Virus record (IMG/VR): IMGVR_UViG_3300009162_000006
Strand: one strand, 5' to 3'
DNA from: an uncultured virus (IMG/VR IMGVR_UViG_3300009162_000006)
Lineage: Duplodnaviria > Heunggongvirae > Uroviricota > Caudoviricetes
DNA: 64,000 nt
The position numbers were made by a program, and so were the translations under genes. Below the pieces are notes generated by a model. It had not been told where the DNA came from. It searched no databases and was given only the letters and a program-made list of their open reading frames with translations. Shown here piece after piece: positions 43,808 to 52,329 of this stretch. How positions within the stretch are numbered: the first letter of the stretch is position 1; each line of letters starts with the position of its first letter.

Positions 43808-45001
43808 TCAAGCAGCGGCTTTCGGGATCAGCTTCCCGGCCATCATCTGAAGCTCCAGCTTGCGGTCGTCGTCGCCGTCCTGCGCGATCCACGAGAGCGC
43901 GTTCGACGCGCGCCACTGGCTTTTTCCGGGCGGCAAATTCCACTCGTCGCGGCCCTCGAACGCCTCCTTGGCCTTCTCGAACTCGCCCTTGGTGAGCTGC
44001 TCGCGCACGGGACGCACGGCCTGGGCGAACTCGACCTCGCGCTCGGAGGCGGCCTTGATCACCTCGACGCGCTTGTCGAGCGCGCCGGGCGAGAGCAGCG
44101 CGCGGACGATGTCCGTGGTCGCGCTCACCATGGTCTTCGTGTCGAGCTCGTACGTCTCGCTCGAGAAGATCTCGGCGTCGTCCAACTTCCGGCCGAGGTG
44201 GATCTGGCGGAGCACGTTCTCGGTCATGGCTCCGTTGTCGCAGAGCAGGCGGAGGATGAAGCCCGAGATGCCGTACGCGCCCGCACCGAAGTCCGAGTTC
44301 TGCCAGGCCAAGCCCAAGCAAAACACGTCGCCGTTCACGTTGAACACCTTGGGGACGATCGCGCGGACCGCGACGCGGACATCGCTCGCCACGCCGTCGT
44401 AGGGTACGGCGCCGATCGCGTTGCACGCGCCGACGAACGAGTCGAGTAGCGGGCGCGAGTCCAGGCGGCGGTAGCTCGACGAGAGCACGCCGCGGTGCTC
44501 GCCGCCGACCGTGCGCACGAGGTACTTCGCGTCATTGTGGCCGAAGTGTTGGTGGAGGATCTCGAGCGCGAGCTGTTCTTGCCACGGGACGCCCGACGCG
44601 ATGAGGTCGCGCACGTAGTCGAGGCGAAGGCCCGGGATGAGCCCGACGAGCTGCGAGAGCGCGTTGTTGTGTATGGGGCGGAAGACGTCGGGCGAGTGGC
44701 CGTCGGCGTACGCGCGGTGCGCGTGCTCGCCGTTCTGCCAACCCATGACGAGCTTGCCGACCTCGACGTCGCCGCGGTGCTCGACGTTGAACACGAGCTT
44801 GTTCGCGGCCGGGAGCGCGTCGTTCGGCATCGTGCTCAGCACGCGCGAGATGACCGGACCCGCCTTGCGCGTGCCCGCCTCGATCGCCTTGCCCATGAGC
44901 TCCTCGCCGATGCGAGCGGCCTCGGGGTTGCCGCGGAGGAAGCCGTGGCCGGTGTGGCCGGCCACTTGTTTCGCTTGCATGTAGTCGTTCTGGATTGACA
45001 T
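43808..45001 (-). CDS. DUF932-like phage/plasmid early protein
   Basis: RGVLSSSYRRLD, NSDFGAGA, RLLCDNG, W..SNALS; first gene after a strong promoter. Confidence 0.7.
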   Translation of the reverse strand: MSIQNDYMQAKQVAGHTGHGFLRGNPEAARIGEELMGKAIEAGTRKAGPVISRVLSTMPNDALPAANKLVFNVEHRGDVEVGKLVMGWQNGEHAHRAYADGHSPDVFRPIHNNALSQLVGLIPGLRLDYVRDLIASGVPWQEQLALEILHQHFGHNDAKYLVRTVGGEHRGVLSSSYRRLDSRPLLDSFVGACNAIGAVPYDGVASDVRVAVRAIVPKVFNVNGDVFCLGLAWQNSDFGAGAYGISGFILRLLCDNGAMTENVLRQIHLGRKLDDAEIFSSETYELDTKTMVSATTDIVRALLSPGALDKRVEVIKAASEREVEFAQAVRPVREQLTKGEFEKAKEAFEGRDEWNLPPGKSQWRASNALSWIAQDGDDDRKLELQMMAGKLIPKAAA

Positions 45002-45042
45002 CGTTCGTTCTCTTTTCTGAGCCTGTTGCGGGCTCAAGGTCC

Positions 45043-45071
45043 AATCTAAGCCACTGCTTTACTCGTGTCAA
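45043..45071 (-). promoter_or_regulatory. Sigma70-type early promoter (leftward)
   Basis: TTGACA (45071-45066), 17-nt spacer, TAGATT (45048-45043). Confidence 0.8.
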
Positions 45072-45119
45072 GTACCAGCTACACTTGTTTTTACATCCGA
45101 CATGTGTTAAGTTTACCGT

Positions 45120-45335
45120 GTGACTAAAAAAACCAAAGGTTCAGAGCGTTTGCAGACGCTCGTGCGCCCAAAGCGTGTTTTTACGCTGAGTGAAATCGCG
45201 AGACGCTTGGGCGTCACGAGGCAGACCGTCGATGCCTGGTGCTCCGGCGAAGCCGTTCCGCGGCTCGAACACGCCGCGGCGCTCGAGGATCTGCTCGGAA
45301 TTCCGCTGCGCGATTGGAACGCGAATGCTGAGTGA
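45120..45335 (+). CDS. XRE-family HTH repressor/Cro
   Basis: TLSEIARRLGVTRQTVDAWCSGEAVP; divergent from the early operon. Confidence 0.8.
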   Translation: MTKKTKGSERLQTLVRPKRVFTLSEIARRLGVTRQTVDAWCSGEAVPRLEHAAALEDLLGIPLRDWNANAE

Positions 45336-46014
45336 ACTCGAGATCAGGCACGCAAAGCACGCGAACGATTTGGTTTATTTTATTCGTGTAGGCAGGAGAG
45401 GGCCGATCAAAATCGGCTATTCAGGTGATCCTCTTCGTCGATTCAAAGCTCTGCAGCTTCAATGTCCTCTTAAACTGGTACTCCTGCTCGCAATTCCAGG
45501 AGGTTGGATGCTAGAGCAGCGATTATTGCGCGAGTTTCTTCGCTACAACATCCACGGCGAGTGGTTTCGTCCAGCAAAAGCCCTTGTTGACCGCATTAGG
45601 TCCTATGAAACAGCTGAAGGTGCGAGGAGTTTTTGGGAGCCAGAATCCAAAAGGAAGCCTCTTTCGGCCATGATATCACCTTCTACGCATGGTTTGGCCG
45701 TGGGCTGCAGGCCGACAGCTCATGGCTCGACGGGCGATCGTGGATGTGATACCGATTTGCCCATGGATCACGACGCAGACCCCACCGTACCCGCCACGGA
45801 ACGGCCCGAGCGGCTCCCGGACCCGTACACGTTTTGCAACTGCGGGCGGGCTGGTTGCCCGGCAATTTCCACGGATTCTTCGGGAAATGTGGTGATAGAC
45901 GAGGAGTTGAAGGACCTCGTGGACCGCGGGGAGACCCGATCCGGCATCGTCTTCAAGCCGGAGCAGGCTCGCGAGCTCTTCGCGTGGCTTCGTGACCACG
46001 GTCACGGCTCCTAA
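45325..46014 (+). CDS. GIY-YIG-like (T5orf172/MUG113-type) domain protein with unrelated C-terminal part
   Basis: VYFI...IKIGYSGDPLRRFKALQ...E..L...GEWF. Confidence 0.7.
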   Translation: MLSELEIRHAKHANDLVYFIRVGRRGPIKIGYSGDPLRRFKALQLQCPLKLVLLLAIPGGWMLEQRLLREFLRYNIHGEWFRPAKALVDRIRSYETAEGARSFWEPESKRKPLSAMISPSTHGLAVGCRPTAHGSTGDRGCDTDLPMDHDADPTVPATERPERLPDPYTFCNCGRAGCPAISTDSSGNVVIDEELKDLVDRGETRSGIVFKPEQARELFAWLRDHGHGS

Positions 46015-46495
46015 TCCCGTGGAATTGGCCAGCATTCTTGGCTACGCGGCCGTGACGTTCATCGTCGCGCGCGCCGGGATCTTCCGCTGGTTGCGCGAAC
46101 TCGGGCCGAAAGGATGGCGCGATTTCATCTCGTGCCCTCTCTGCACGGGGTTCTGGGTCGGCTTCGGGATGGCGCTCGCTCGCGCTACCTTCACGCACTC
46201 CTTGCCGTGGAAGTTCTCGTCTTCTCGACCCTTTATGAGTGGCCTCACGGGTGGTTTCGAGCTCGGTCTCATCTGCACCGGAGCCCTCACCGGCGCGGTA
46301 GCGCTGCTCTACACGGCCGTGCTCGACGCGCTGCCCGAGCCACCGATCCAGGACCGAAAGACACCGAAATTGCCCAGTCTGGCCGTCCCAGACGAGGCTC
46401 CGACGGACCCGGGCGGCTTCAGCGGGCCCACGAAGCGCATCGCCGAGCGCGACATCGAGGAGGCGGTGCGGCGCATGGGCGAGAAGAAGGGTTGA
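45992..46495 (+). CDS. DUF1360-like membrane protein
   Basis: IFRWLR...ISCPLCTGFWVG and several TMs. Confidence 0.55.
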   Translation: MTTVTAPNPVELASILGYAAVTFIVARAGIFRWLRELGPKGWRDFISCPLCTGFWVGFGMALARATFTHSLPWKFSSSRPFMSGLTGGFELGLICTGALTGAVALLYTAVLDALPEPPIQDRKTPKLPSLAVPDEAPTDPGGFSGPTKRIAERDIEEAVRRMGEKKG

Positions 46496-46532
46496 CCGGC
46501 GGGCCGGATCCGAGCTAGAACCGTGTCTGCTA

Positions 46533-47636
46533 ATGGGCCTTAGTAGACACCGGCGGCTCCAGAGGGGCTACCACCGGCGGAGGAGGCCGAGGACGGCCGC
46601 TGCGGCACCGGAATCGAGCGCTGGCGAGCCGGCGGCCCCGAGCTCGACGAACGGGTCGTTTCAACAGGAAGCCCCCAGAGCTGTGGAAATCGTCCGCGTG
46701 ACGGGTGGCGCGCTCGAGGCGCTCGCGCAGGAAGCGGCAGCGCACGCCACCAAATCCAAATCGGCTCGAACGCTAGTCGAGTACGAGAAGCAGTGGACGG
46801 TGTTCGGTGATTGGTGCCGGAAACGCGCGCGGTTAGCCCTGCCAGCAGAAGCCGCGACGCTCGCTCTTTATGTCACCGAGCGGGCACGAGACGTCGGGCT
46901 GTCATCGCTCGGCCAGGCACTGTCAGCAATCACGTACTACCACGATCGCGCTCGACTGCCGTCACCACGGCACGATCCGCTGGTCAAGGACGTGCTCAAC
47001 GGTATTGCGCGCGGCAAGGGCTCGGCGAAGAACAAGAAGGACGCGCTCACGCTGGTGAAACTCCAGCGCATCTTGCCCGTGCTCTCTGGTGACACCGCGA
47101 TCCGCGACCGCGCGCTCTTGCTCGTCGGCTACAGCGCGGCGCTTCGGCGCAACGAGATCGTCAGTACGCGCGTCGAGCACTTCACGCGGGACGAGCTCGG
47201 TCGCGGCTACGTGCTCAACGTGGTCCGCAGCAAGACCGACCAGCGCGGCGAGGGTCGCATCAAGGCGATCCCGTTCAACTTCCGGAACCGGCTGCTGTGC
47301 CCAGCGAGCGCGCTCGAGGACTGGCTCTCCGTGAGCGGCATCGTCTCCGGCCCGGTCTTCCGCGGTATCCAGAACTGCGCGATCACCAGTGACAAGCTCT
47401 GGGGCGACGACGTCGCTCGCATCGTCAAGCGCTGGTCGCAGCGCGCCGGCATCGAGAACTGGCAGAACCTGAGCGGCCATTCACTGCGCGCGGGCTTCAT
47501 CACGGACGCGCGGCGCAACAGGAGCTCGTGGGCCGAGATCACGAAGCAGACGGGGCAGACGGAAAAAACGGCGGAGGGTTACGTGCGACAGGAAGAGATC
47601 TGGACGGACAACGCAGTGGTGGAGCTCTTTCGATGA
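46533..47636 (+). CDS. Tyrosine recombinase/integrase (Cre-like)
   Basis: RDRALLLVG..AALRRNE, SKTDQ.GEG, SGHSLRAGF, GYVR. Confidence 0.9.
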   Translation: MGLSRHRRLQRGYHRRRRPRTAAAAPESSAGEPAAPSSTNGSFQQEAPRAVEIVRVTGGALEALAQEAAAHATKSKSARTLVEYEKQWTVFGDWCRKRARLALPAEAATLALYVTERARDVGLSSLGQALSAITYYHDRARLPSPRHDPLVKDVLNGIARGKGSAKNKKDALTLVKLQRILPVLSGDTAIRDRALLLVGYSAALRRNEIVSTRVEHFTRDELGRGYVLNVVRSKTDQRGEGRIKAIPFNFRNRLLCPASALEDWLSVSGIVSGPVFRGIQNCAITSDKLWGDDVARIVKRWSQRAGIENWQNLSGHSLRAGFITDARRNRSSWAEITKQTGQTEKTAEGYVRQEEIWTDNAVVELFR

Positions 47637-47812
47637 CCCACGGTGAAAAGCTCGCTCGCGCCGCGCTCGCGAAGTGGCTCGAGCTCTACGAGAAGCAGAC
47701 GCGGTGCGACGAGTGCATCCCGCCGTCGTGGTCGCGCTGCGACAAGCACCAGCCCGACATCGCGAAGTTGATCAAGAACACGAAGATGCTCCTAGCCGGA
47801 GGTCCGAATTGA
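47633..47812 (+). CDS. Small hypothetical protein
   Basis: ATGA overlap with the recombinase stop. Confidence 0.5.
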   Translation: MTHGEKLARAALAKWLELYEKQTRCDECIPPSWSRCDKHQPDIAKLIKNTKMLLAGGPN

Positions 47813-48171
47813 ACTGGTTGCACTTGTTCGTCGTGTTCTGGTTCGGTGGCTCGGTAGCTTCAGCGAGTTCGATCACGCTCGTCAGCAAGCTCGGCGGCAA
47901 ATTCAAGACTTGGGCGATGATCGCGGGCTCGTTGTTCTGGCCCGTCACGTTGTATTTTGCTTGGCGCGACCACCGGAAAATGAGCGCGGAGATCACCGGG
48001 CAGTTAAAAGCCGGTCTCGATGAGCTCTACGAGGACGTGCCCCACCACGTGCACGTCGACCCGGAAGAGCTCTGCCCCGCTTGCCGCGCGAGCTTCGAGG
48101 CCGTGATGAATCGGATCTTCGGGTGCAGGCTCTGCACGCCCCTGCCGCGCAACACGGAGACCGAGCACTGA
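47809..48171 (+). CDS. Membrane hypothetical protein
   Basis: TTG start; two hydrophobic segments. Confidence 0.5.
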   Translation: MNWLHLFVVFWFGGSVASASSITLVSKLGGKFKTWAMIAGSLFWPVTLYFAWRDHRKMSAEITGQLKAGLDELYEDVPHHVHVDPEELCPACRASFEAVMNRIFGCRLCTPLPRNTETEH

Positions 48172-48190
48172 TCTGTGATACCTTTGTCGC

Positions 48191-48637
48191 GTGGCGCGGA
48201 CGTACAAGCTGCACTTCGACGACTGCTTTGACCCGGTGAAGATCGAGAAGCTCTCGCGCCTGCTGCCGAGGACGTACGCCGCGCTCGACGAGCTCGCGCC
48301 CTGGATGAAGGGCAAGTGGCCGACGCGCGTGCATTGCATGAGCGACGGCGACATCGTGAAGGGTCGCAAGAAGGGCGCCGGGCACGGTTACACGTTCCAC
48401 GACGGCAACGAGGTCTGGATCAACCCGCACATGACGCAGGAGGGGCACTGGCTCGTGCTCGTGCACGAGTTCCTGCACCACGGTTTTCCGGACGCGACGG
48501 AGCCCGAGATAAATTGCACGCTCGTGCCGCACGTTTACAAGCAGGTGTTCGGCAAGAAGCTCGACCCCGCGTGGGCGAGGCAGCACGGGATCGGTTCGCC
48601 GGTCGAGGGCGTCGGCGACCGTTCATTTTGCCGGTGA
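48191..48637 (+). CDS. Small zinc metallopeptidase-like protein
   Basis: VWINP...VLVHEFLHH...E. Confidence 0.65.
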   Translation: MARTYKLHFDDCFDPVKIEKLSRLLPRTYAALDELAPWMKGKWPTRVHCMSDGDIVKGRKKGAGHGYTFHDGNEVWINPHMTQEGHWLVLVHEFLHHGFPDATEPEINCTLVPHVYKQVFGKKLDPAWARQHGIGSPVEGVGDRSFCR

Positions 48638-48656
48638 CCAGTGCTATGGTTCGGGC

Positions 48657-48824
48657 ATGCAGCTCGAAAAAAGTTCCGTCCGCTGGTTGAACGACGCGCC
48701 CGTGACCCACGTGACCGGGACTCCCGGGCAGCTCGGTGACGTCGGTGCCTCGGCGAGCGTGAGCGTGGGTCTGATCACGCTGCTCGTGATCGGCGGGGTC
48801 GTGTACTACGTGTTCTTCCGGTGA
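48657..48824 (+). CDS. Small RWL/GQLG-tagged membrane protein (55 aa)
   Basis: Not in the ORF track: MQLEKSSVRWLNDAPVTHVTGTPGQLGDVG...LITLLVIGGVVYYVFFR. Confidence 0.75.
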   Translation: MQLEKSSVRWLNDAPVTHVTGTPGQLGDVGASASVSVGLITLLVIGGVVYYVFFR

Positions 48825-48838
48825 TAGGCTTCTGACCA

Positions 48839-49213
48839 ATGTCCAAACCGTGGTGCTACGTCGCGTACCCCGATGGGATTGAGCGCGTCCAGATCAAGAA
48901 GAAGCGCGTGAGCACGCGCGGCTTGCCGAGACCGGTCGAGAACCCGGTGCTCGTCGTGAACGAGGAGGGCGAGGACTTCGTCGTGAGCGAGGACGACCTC
49001 TACAACAACCCCATGCAGGCGAGCGTCGCGTCGGCGAAGCTCGAGGCGTCGATGGGCATGGCGGCGAACCCCGCGCGCGGCCCGGGCGAGGAGGAGGACG
49101 AGGAAGAGCTCGACGAAGAAGATCTGGAAGACGAGGAGGACCTCGAAGACGAGCTCGACGACGAAGAAGATCTCGACGAAGACGAAGAGGACGAGGAAGC
49201 CGACGAGGACTGA
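48839..49213 (+). CDS. Protein with three NP motifs and a poly-Glu/Asp tail
   Basis: VENP, YNNP, AANP, then about 40 residues almost all D/E. Confidence 0.7.
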   Translation: MSKPWCYVAYPDGIERVQIKKKRVSTRGLPRPVENPVLVVNEEGEDFVVSEDDLYNNPMQASVASAKLEASMGMAANPARGPGEEEDEEELDEEDLEDEEDLEDELDDEEDLDEDEEDEEADED

Positions 49214-49452
49214 TGTTCCCCCACGTGCTGCGCCAGGCGATCGCGCACCTCGCGGAGGGCAAGGACGTCGGCCAGACCGCGAGGGCGATCCGCTACGGCT
49301 GCTGGAGCGTCGAGCAGGCGCACCTCACGGCGAGGGCCGCTGAAGTCTACGCGCGCATGCTGAAGCGCGACGTCGCGGCTGAGCGGTGGGAAGCCGAGAA
49401 GGAGCGGCGGCGCGAGCTCGGTCGAAAGCTCGTCGTGCGCTGGATCGATTAG
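49213..49452 (+). CDS. Hypothetical protein ending in VVRWID
   Basis: TGATG overlap; RW motif at the C-terminus. Confidence 0.55.
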   Translation: MFPHVLRQAIAHLAEGKDVGQTARAIRYGCWSVEQAHLTARAAEVYARMLKRDVAAERWEAEKERRRELGRKLVVRWID

Positions 49453-49826
49453 CCACCGTGGGCCAAGTAATAGAAAGTGGATCCGTTGTTGTTCAGAGTC
49501 GCGGTCGCAGCTGCGGTGATGGTAAAGCCCAGATCGCTCAAAGCGATACCCTGACCCATGCCGTTTCCGATAAATATTAAATCGCCCGGCATGGTGTCGA
49601 TCTTGATCCCGATCGCGAGCGGCGAGAAGATGAAGAGGATCTCGGGCGTGAACCCCGTTTCAATCAAGCGATCGGGGACGTTGTCTCCCTAGTAAAGACC
49701 GGTCACGAACGAGAGTGGGAACTCGAGCGCCATGCGCTCCAAGAGCCTTCCGAGGGGAGAAGCGATCGGGACTTGAGACGAGACGAGCAGGGTCCTGAGA
49801 GACGATGAGCGGTTCTCGCGGGCCAT
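49449..49826 (-). pseudogene. Fibre-like gene interrupted by in-frame TAG (49689-49691)
   Basis: MARENRSSSLRTLLVSSQVPIASPLGRLLERMALEFPLSFVTGLY*GDNVPDRLIETGFTP...; the frame continues on both sides of the stop. Confidence 0.6.
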
Positions 49827-49829
49827 CGA

Positions 49830-50168
49830 TCATTCACCAAAAGAGAACATCGTCGTAGGGTCGACGCCGTAGAGCGACGATGATGCGGGGGTCGACGTCC
49901 GTTGTTTCAAAGCCGCGTCAATCGCCGCTTTCAATTCGGGGCTCGCGGTCGGGTAGATTTGTTTCAAACGGGTGACGGCCGCAGACGAGAGAGGCTGAGA
50001 GTAGCACTCGCGCACACCATTCTCGTTGTTGAAGCAGATTGGTGAGGCCGAAGAGCTCGCGGCTTCCTTGTCCTTCTTCGACTTGTACCAGTAGTAATAG
50101 ATGATGCCGCCGATCACGACGTACGCGATGATCCAGCCGGGGGACAAGTACGAGGGATTTTCGTTCAT
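49830..50168 (-). CDS. N-terminally anchored membrane protein starting MNENP
   Basis: MNENPSYLSPGWIIAYVVIGGIIYYYWY. Confidence 0.65.
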   Translation of the reverse strand: MNENPSYLSPGWIIAYVVIGGIIYYYWYKSKKDKEAASSSASPICFNNENGVRECYSQPLSSAAVTRLKQIYPTASPELKAAIDAALKQRTSTPASSSLYGVDPTTMFSFGE

Positions 50169-50548
50169 CCGAACACCTTCGTCCACGACGGCGCACCCGG
50201 GTTAGCTCTTGCTGTGCCGTACTTGGGTAATTTGCCTTTGTCGACCCAGTCGCGCATGCGCTTCTCGAGTTGGCGCAGCGGCGCGAGCGCGAATTGCCCA
50301 CGCTCGTAGATAAAATGCTCCTTGAGGATCATGAGGTACGTCATGATCGCTTCGGGGTCGTCTCGCTCCCAGATACCCGCGCGCTTGGCTCGTTCTTCGG
50401 CGTCTTGTGCAGCTTTGAGCAAATGTCCGAGCCGGTAGGGGTTCGTCGGGTGGCGGCGCTTGATCTCGCGCATCATCTCTTTTCGATCGTAGTCCGTGAG
50501 CAGACCCGTCAGGATGAGAGAGAAGTCCTGTACGCGAGCTCGGTTCAT
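50165..50548 (-). CDS. WTxVFG-tagged protein 1
   Basis: MNRARVQD...RANPGAPSWTKVFG*. Confidence 0.75.
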   Translation of the reverse strand: MNRARVQDFSLILTGLLTDYDRKEMMREIKRRHPTNPYRLGHLLKAAQDAEERAKRAGIWERDDPEAIMTYLMILKEHFIYERGQFALAPLRQLEKRMRDWVDKGKLPKYGTARANPGAPSWTKVFG

Positions 50549-50781
50549 CCGAACACCCTCGTCCAAGCGGAAACGGCAGAATTCGGGCGCGGTCCGATCG
50601 TGATCTCTTCTGCGTACGCTTCGGCGTCGGAGTAACTGTTGAACACGCGCAGCACCTGGTCGTGCCACATCACGAGGTAGGCTTGGTTCACGCGCGAGTA
50701 GACGATCGAGACTGCCGATGAGCCGAACTGGACTCGGTTCTTCGGGCTCTTCTTGAGCCACGTTGCGCTAGGCGTGGCCAT
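50545..50781 (-). CDS. WTxVFG-tagged protein 2
   Basis: MATPSATW...PNSAVSAWTRVFG*. Confidence 0.75.
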   Translation of the reverse strand: MATPSATWLKKSPKNRVQFGSSAVSIVYSRVNQAYLVMWHDQVLRVFNSYSDAEAYAEEITIGPRPNSAVSAWTRVFG

Positions 50782-51086
50782 TACCCGAACACCCTCGTCC
50801 ACGTTGGGTTTGCACGCATCCCTCGATAATCCTGGCCTACGTGACCGATCTGGAGCATGTCTCGGTCACCGTCAAAGACCAATCCGTCGAAGATACCGCG
50901 TCGATGGGCTTCTTCGCTCGCAGCTTGCGTCGCTTCATTGATTGAACCATAGCCGCGCGTCGGTCCGATCGTAACGTGCGTGCCGCCTCGACCAACGAGG
51001 TCGACTTGGTATCGTCCTCGGTGATCCTTGTGGATCACGAAATCGTCTTGTTGGGCAGACGTGCCGCGGTAAATGCCGCGAGCCAT
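50781..51086 (-). CDS. WTxVFG-tagged protein 3
   Basis: MARGIYRG...RANPTWTRVFG*. Confidence 0.75.
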   Translation of the reverse strand: MARGIYRGTSAQQDDFVIHKDHRGRYQVDLVGRGGTHVTIGPTRGYGSINEATQAASEEAHRRGIFDGLVFDGDRDMLQIGHVGQDYRGMRANPTWTRVFG

Positions 51087-51304
51087 TACCCGAACACCCT
51101 CATCCACGTCGGCGTAGCGGCGCACGCCGCGCACGGGTTCTTTTTGCGCTCGCGCCGCACGGCCGCGCGTTTCGCCTTCGCGCTCGTCTTGCGGTACCAC
51201 TGCGCCCCGCAGACGGCGCCCGGGTCGCGAGCACCGCTCCGCTTCGCTCCTCGGATGCAGTCGCGCATCCACTTCTTGGGCGGCCGGCGGGGGTTCGTTT
51301 TCAT
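51086..51304 (-). CDS. WTxVFG-tagged protein 4 (basic)
   Basis: MKTNPRR...KKNPCAACAATPTWMRVFG*. Confidence 0.75.
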   Translation of the reverse strand: MKTNPRRPPKKWMRDCIRGAKRSGARDPGAVCGAQWYRKTSAKAKRAAVRRERKKNPCAACAATPTWMRVFG

Positions 51305-51624
51305 CCGAGTACGCGCGTCCACGACGGGTTGTTTGCTGGAGTATCTTGTGCGTGCATCTCTTTGGCTTGATCGATGAGGTCGCGCGCGGCTCCGGTCGAG
51401 TCAAACTTCTGATTGTTGCCGGGGAGGGTAGTTGCTCCCCAGTAACCGCGATGGTCGGTATCGAAATCGGGAGAACCCCACCAGAGCTGCCAAGAACCGT
51501 TCGGCAGTACCTGGAGTCTCGCATCGACCCCGTACAGTTCCCCCTCTTCGTCGACCTCTTCTGCTTCCGTCTCGTTCAAGACACGGAGCTCAGCGGCGAC
51601 GTCCTTGATACTGGGCCAGCGCAT
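51301..51624 (-). CDS. WTxVFG-tagged protein 5 (acidic)
   Basis: MRWPSIKD...ANNPSWTRVLG*. Confidence 0.75.
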   Translation of the reverse strand: MRWPSIKDVAAELRVLNETEAEEVDEEGELYGVDARLQVLPNGSWQLWWGSPDFDTDHRGYWGATTLPGNNQKFDSTGAARDLIDQAKEMHAQDTPANNPSWTRVLG

Positions 51625-51694
51625 CGATCAACATCCTAGCGCCACCGGCGCCGCTTGTAAAAAGCTCAGTCGCGGACGGCGCTTTTGACTCGGT

Positions 51695-51922
51695 TCACGA
51701 CCCCTGCCCAGGCCCTAAAACCCACCAGATCACAGCACCGGCAACTACGACGCCGACGGCGATCGGCACCCAGTTCGTCTTGCTCTCGCTCTTCGAGCCT
51801 GCGCTGAATCCTGGCAGGTAGTTCGCGTCGGTCGACGACATGTACCCCGACGGCAGCACGACGCTCTTCGCGCACTTCTGCACGTCCGATGGCTGGAGCG
51901 CGCCGAGGTCGTGGAGGAACAT
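51695..51922 (-). CDS. Small C-terminally anchored membrane protein
   Basis: MFLHDLG...WVPIAVGVVVAGAVIWWVLG. Confidence 0.65.
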   Translation of the reverse strand: MFLHDLGALQPSDVQKCAKSVVLPSGYMSSTDANYLPGFSAGSKSESKTNWVPIAVGVVVAGAVIWWVLGPGQGS

Positions 51923-51923
51923 T

Positions 51924-52325
51924 CTATCCGAACACTTTCGTCCAACTCGGATTGTTCGCTAATTTGCTCGAGAATGTTTCGTGTCCGGCTCGTCGCGAAG
52001 AGCGGTTGATGGTCTTCCACTTAGCGGGGCGTGCTTTTCCTGTTTTGGGGTCGTACCAAGCACCTTGATCGACGAGTTTCATTCTCTGCACTTCGGCGAC
52101 CTGGCCATGACTGAAAGGTGCGGCCGGTTCGTAACCGCGTTTCATGTGGTAGATCTTTTCGATCTCGATCTCGGTCCCGACTGGTATCTGATGTGCGATT
52201 GGTGCAAGCGTTTTTAGTACTGCAGCTTTGGTTGATTTTTCACGTAGGAAGCCGGAGCTAGCGATACGACTGTAATCGTCACTTTCGAGAGGCGATCGAA
52301 TCCAACCTTTGTAGACGAAGGGCAT
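51924..52325 (-). CDS. WTxVFG-tagged protein 6
   Basis: ...KLANNPSWTKVFG*. Confidence 0.75.
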   Translation of the reverse strand: MPFVYKGWIRSPLESDDYSRIASSGFLREKSTKAAVLKTLAPIAHQIPVGTEIEIEKIYHMKRGYEPAAPFSHGQVAEVQRMKLVDQGAWYDPKTGKARPAKWKTINRSSRRAGHETFSSKLANNPSWTKVFG

Positions 52326-52329
52326 TGTT

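Noticed and set aside
49689..49691. Genome-wide TAG recoding
   Set aside because: Several genes end in TAG just before the next gene, and long genes contain no internal TAG.
50165..51944. 21-bp repeats as a CRISPR array or integron attC sites
   Set aside because: Spacing is 215-620 bp and filled by ORFs; repeats are coding, non-palindromic and vary synonymously; no cas or integron integrase motifs.
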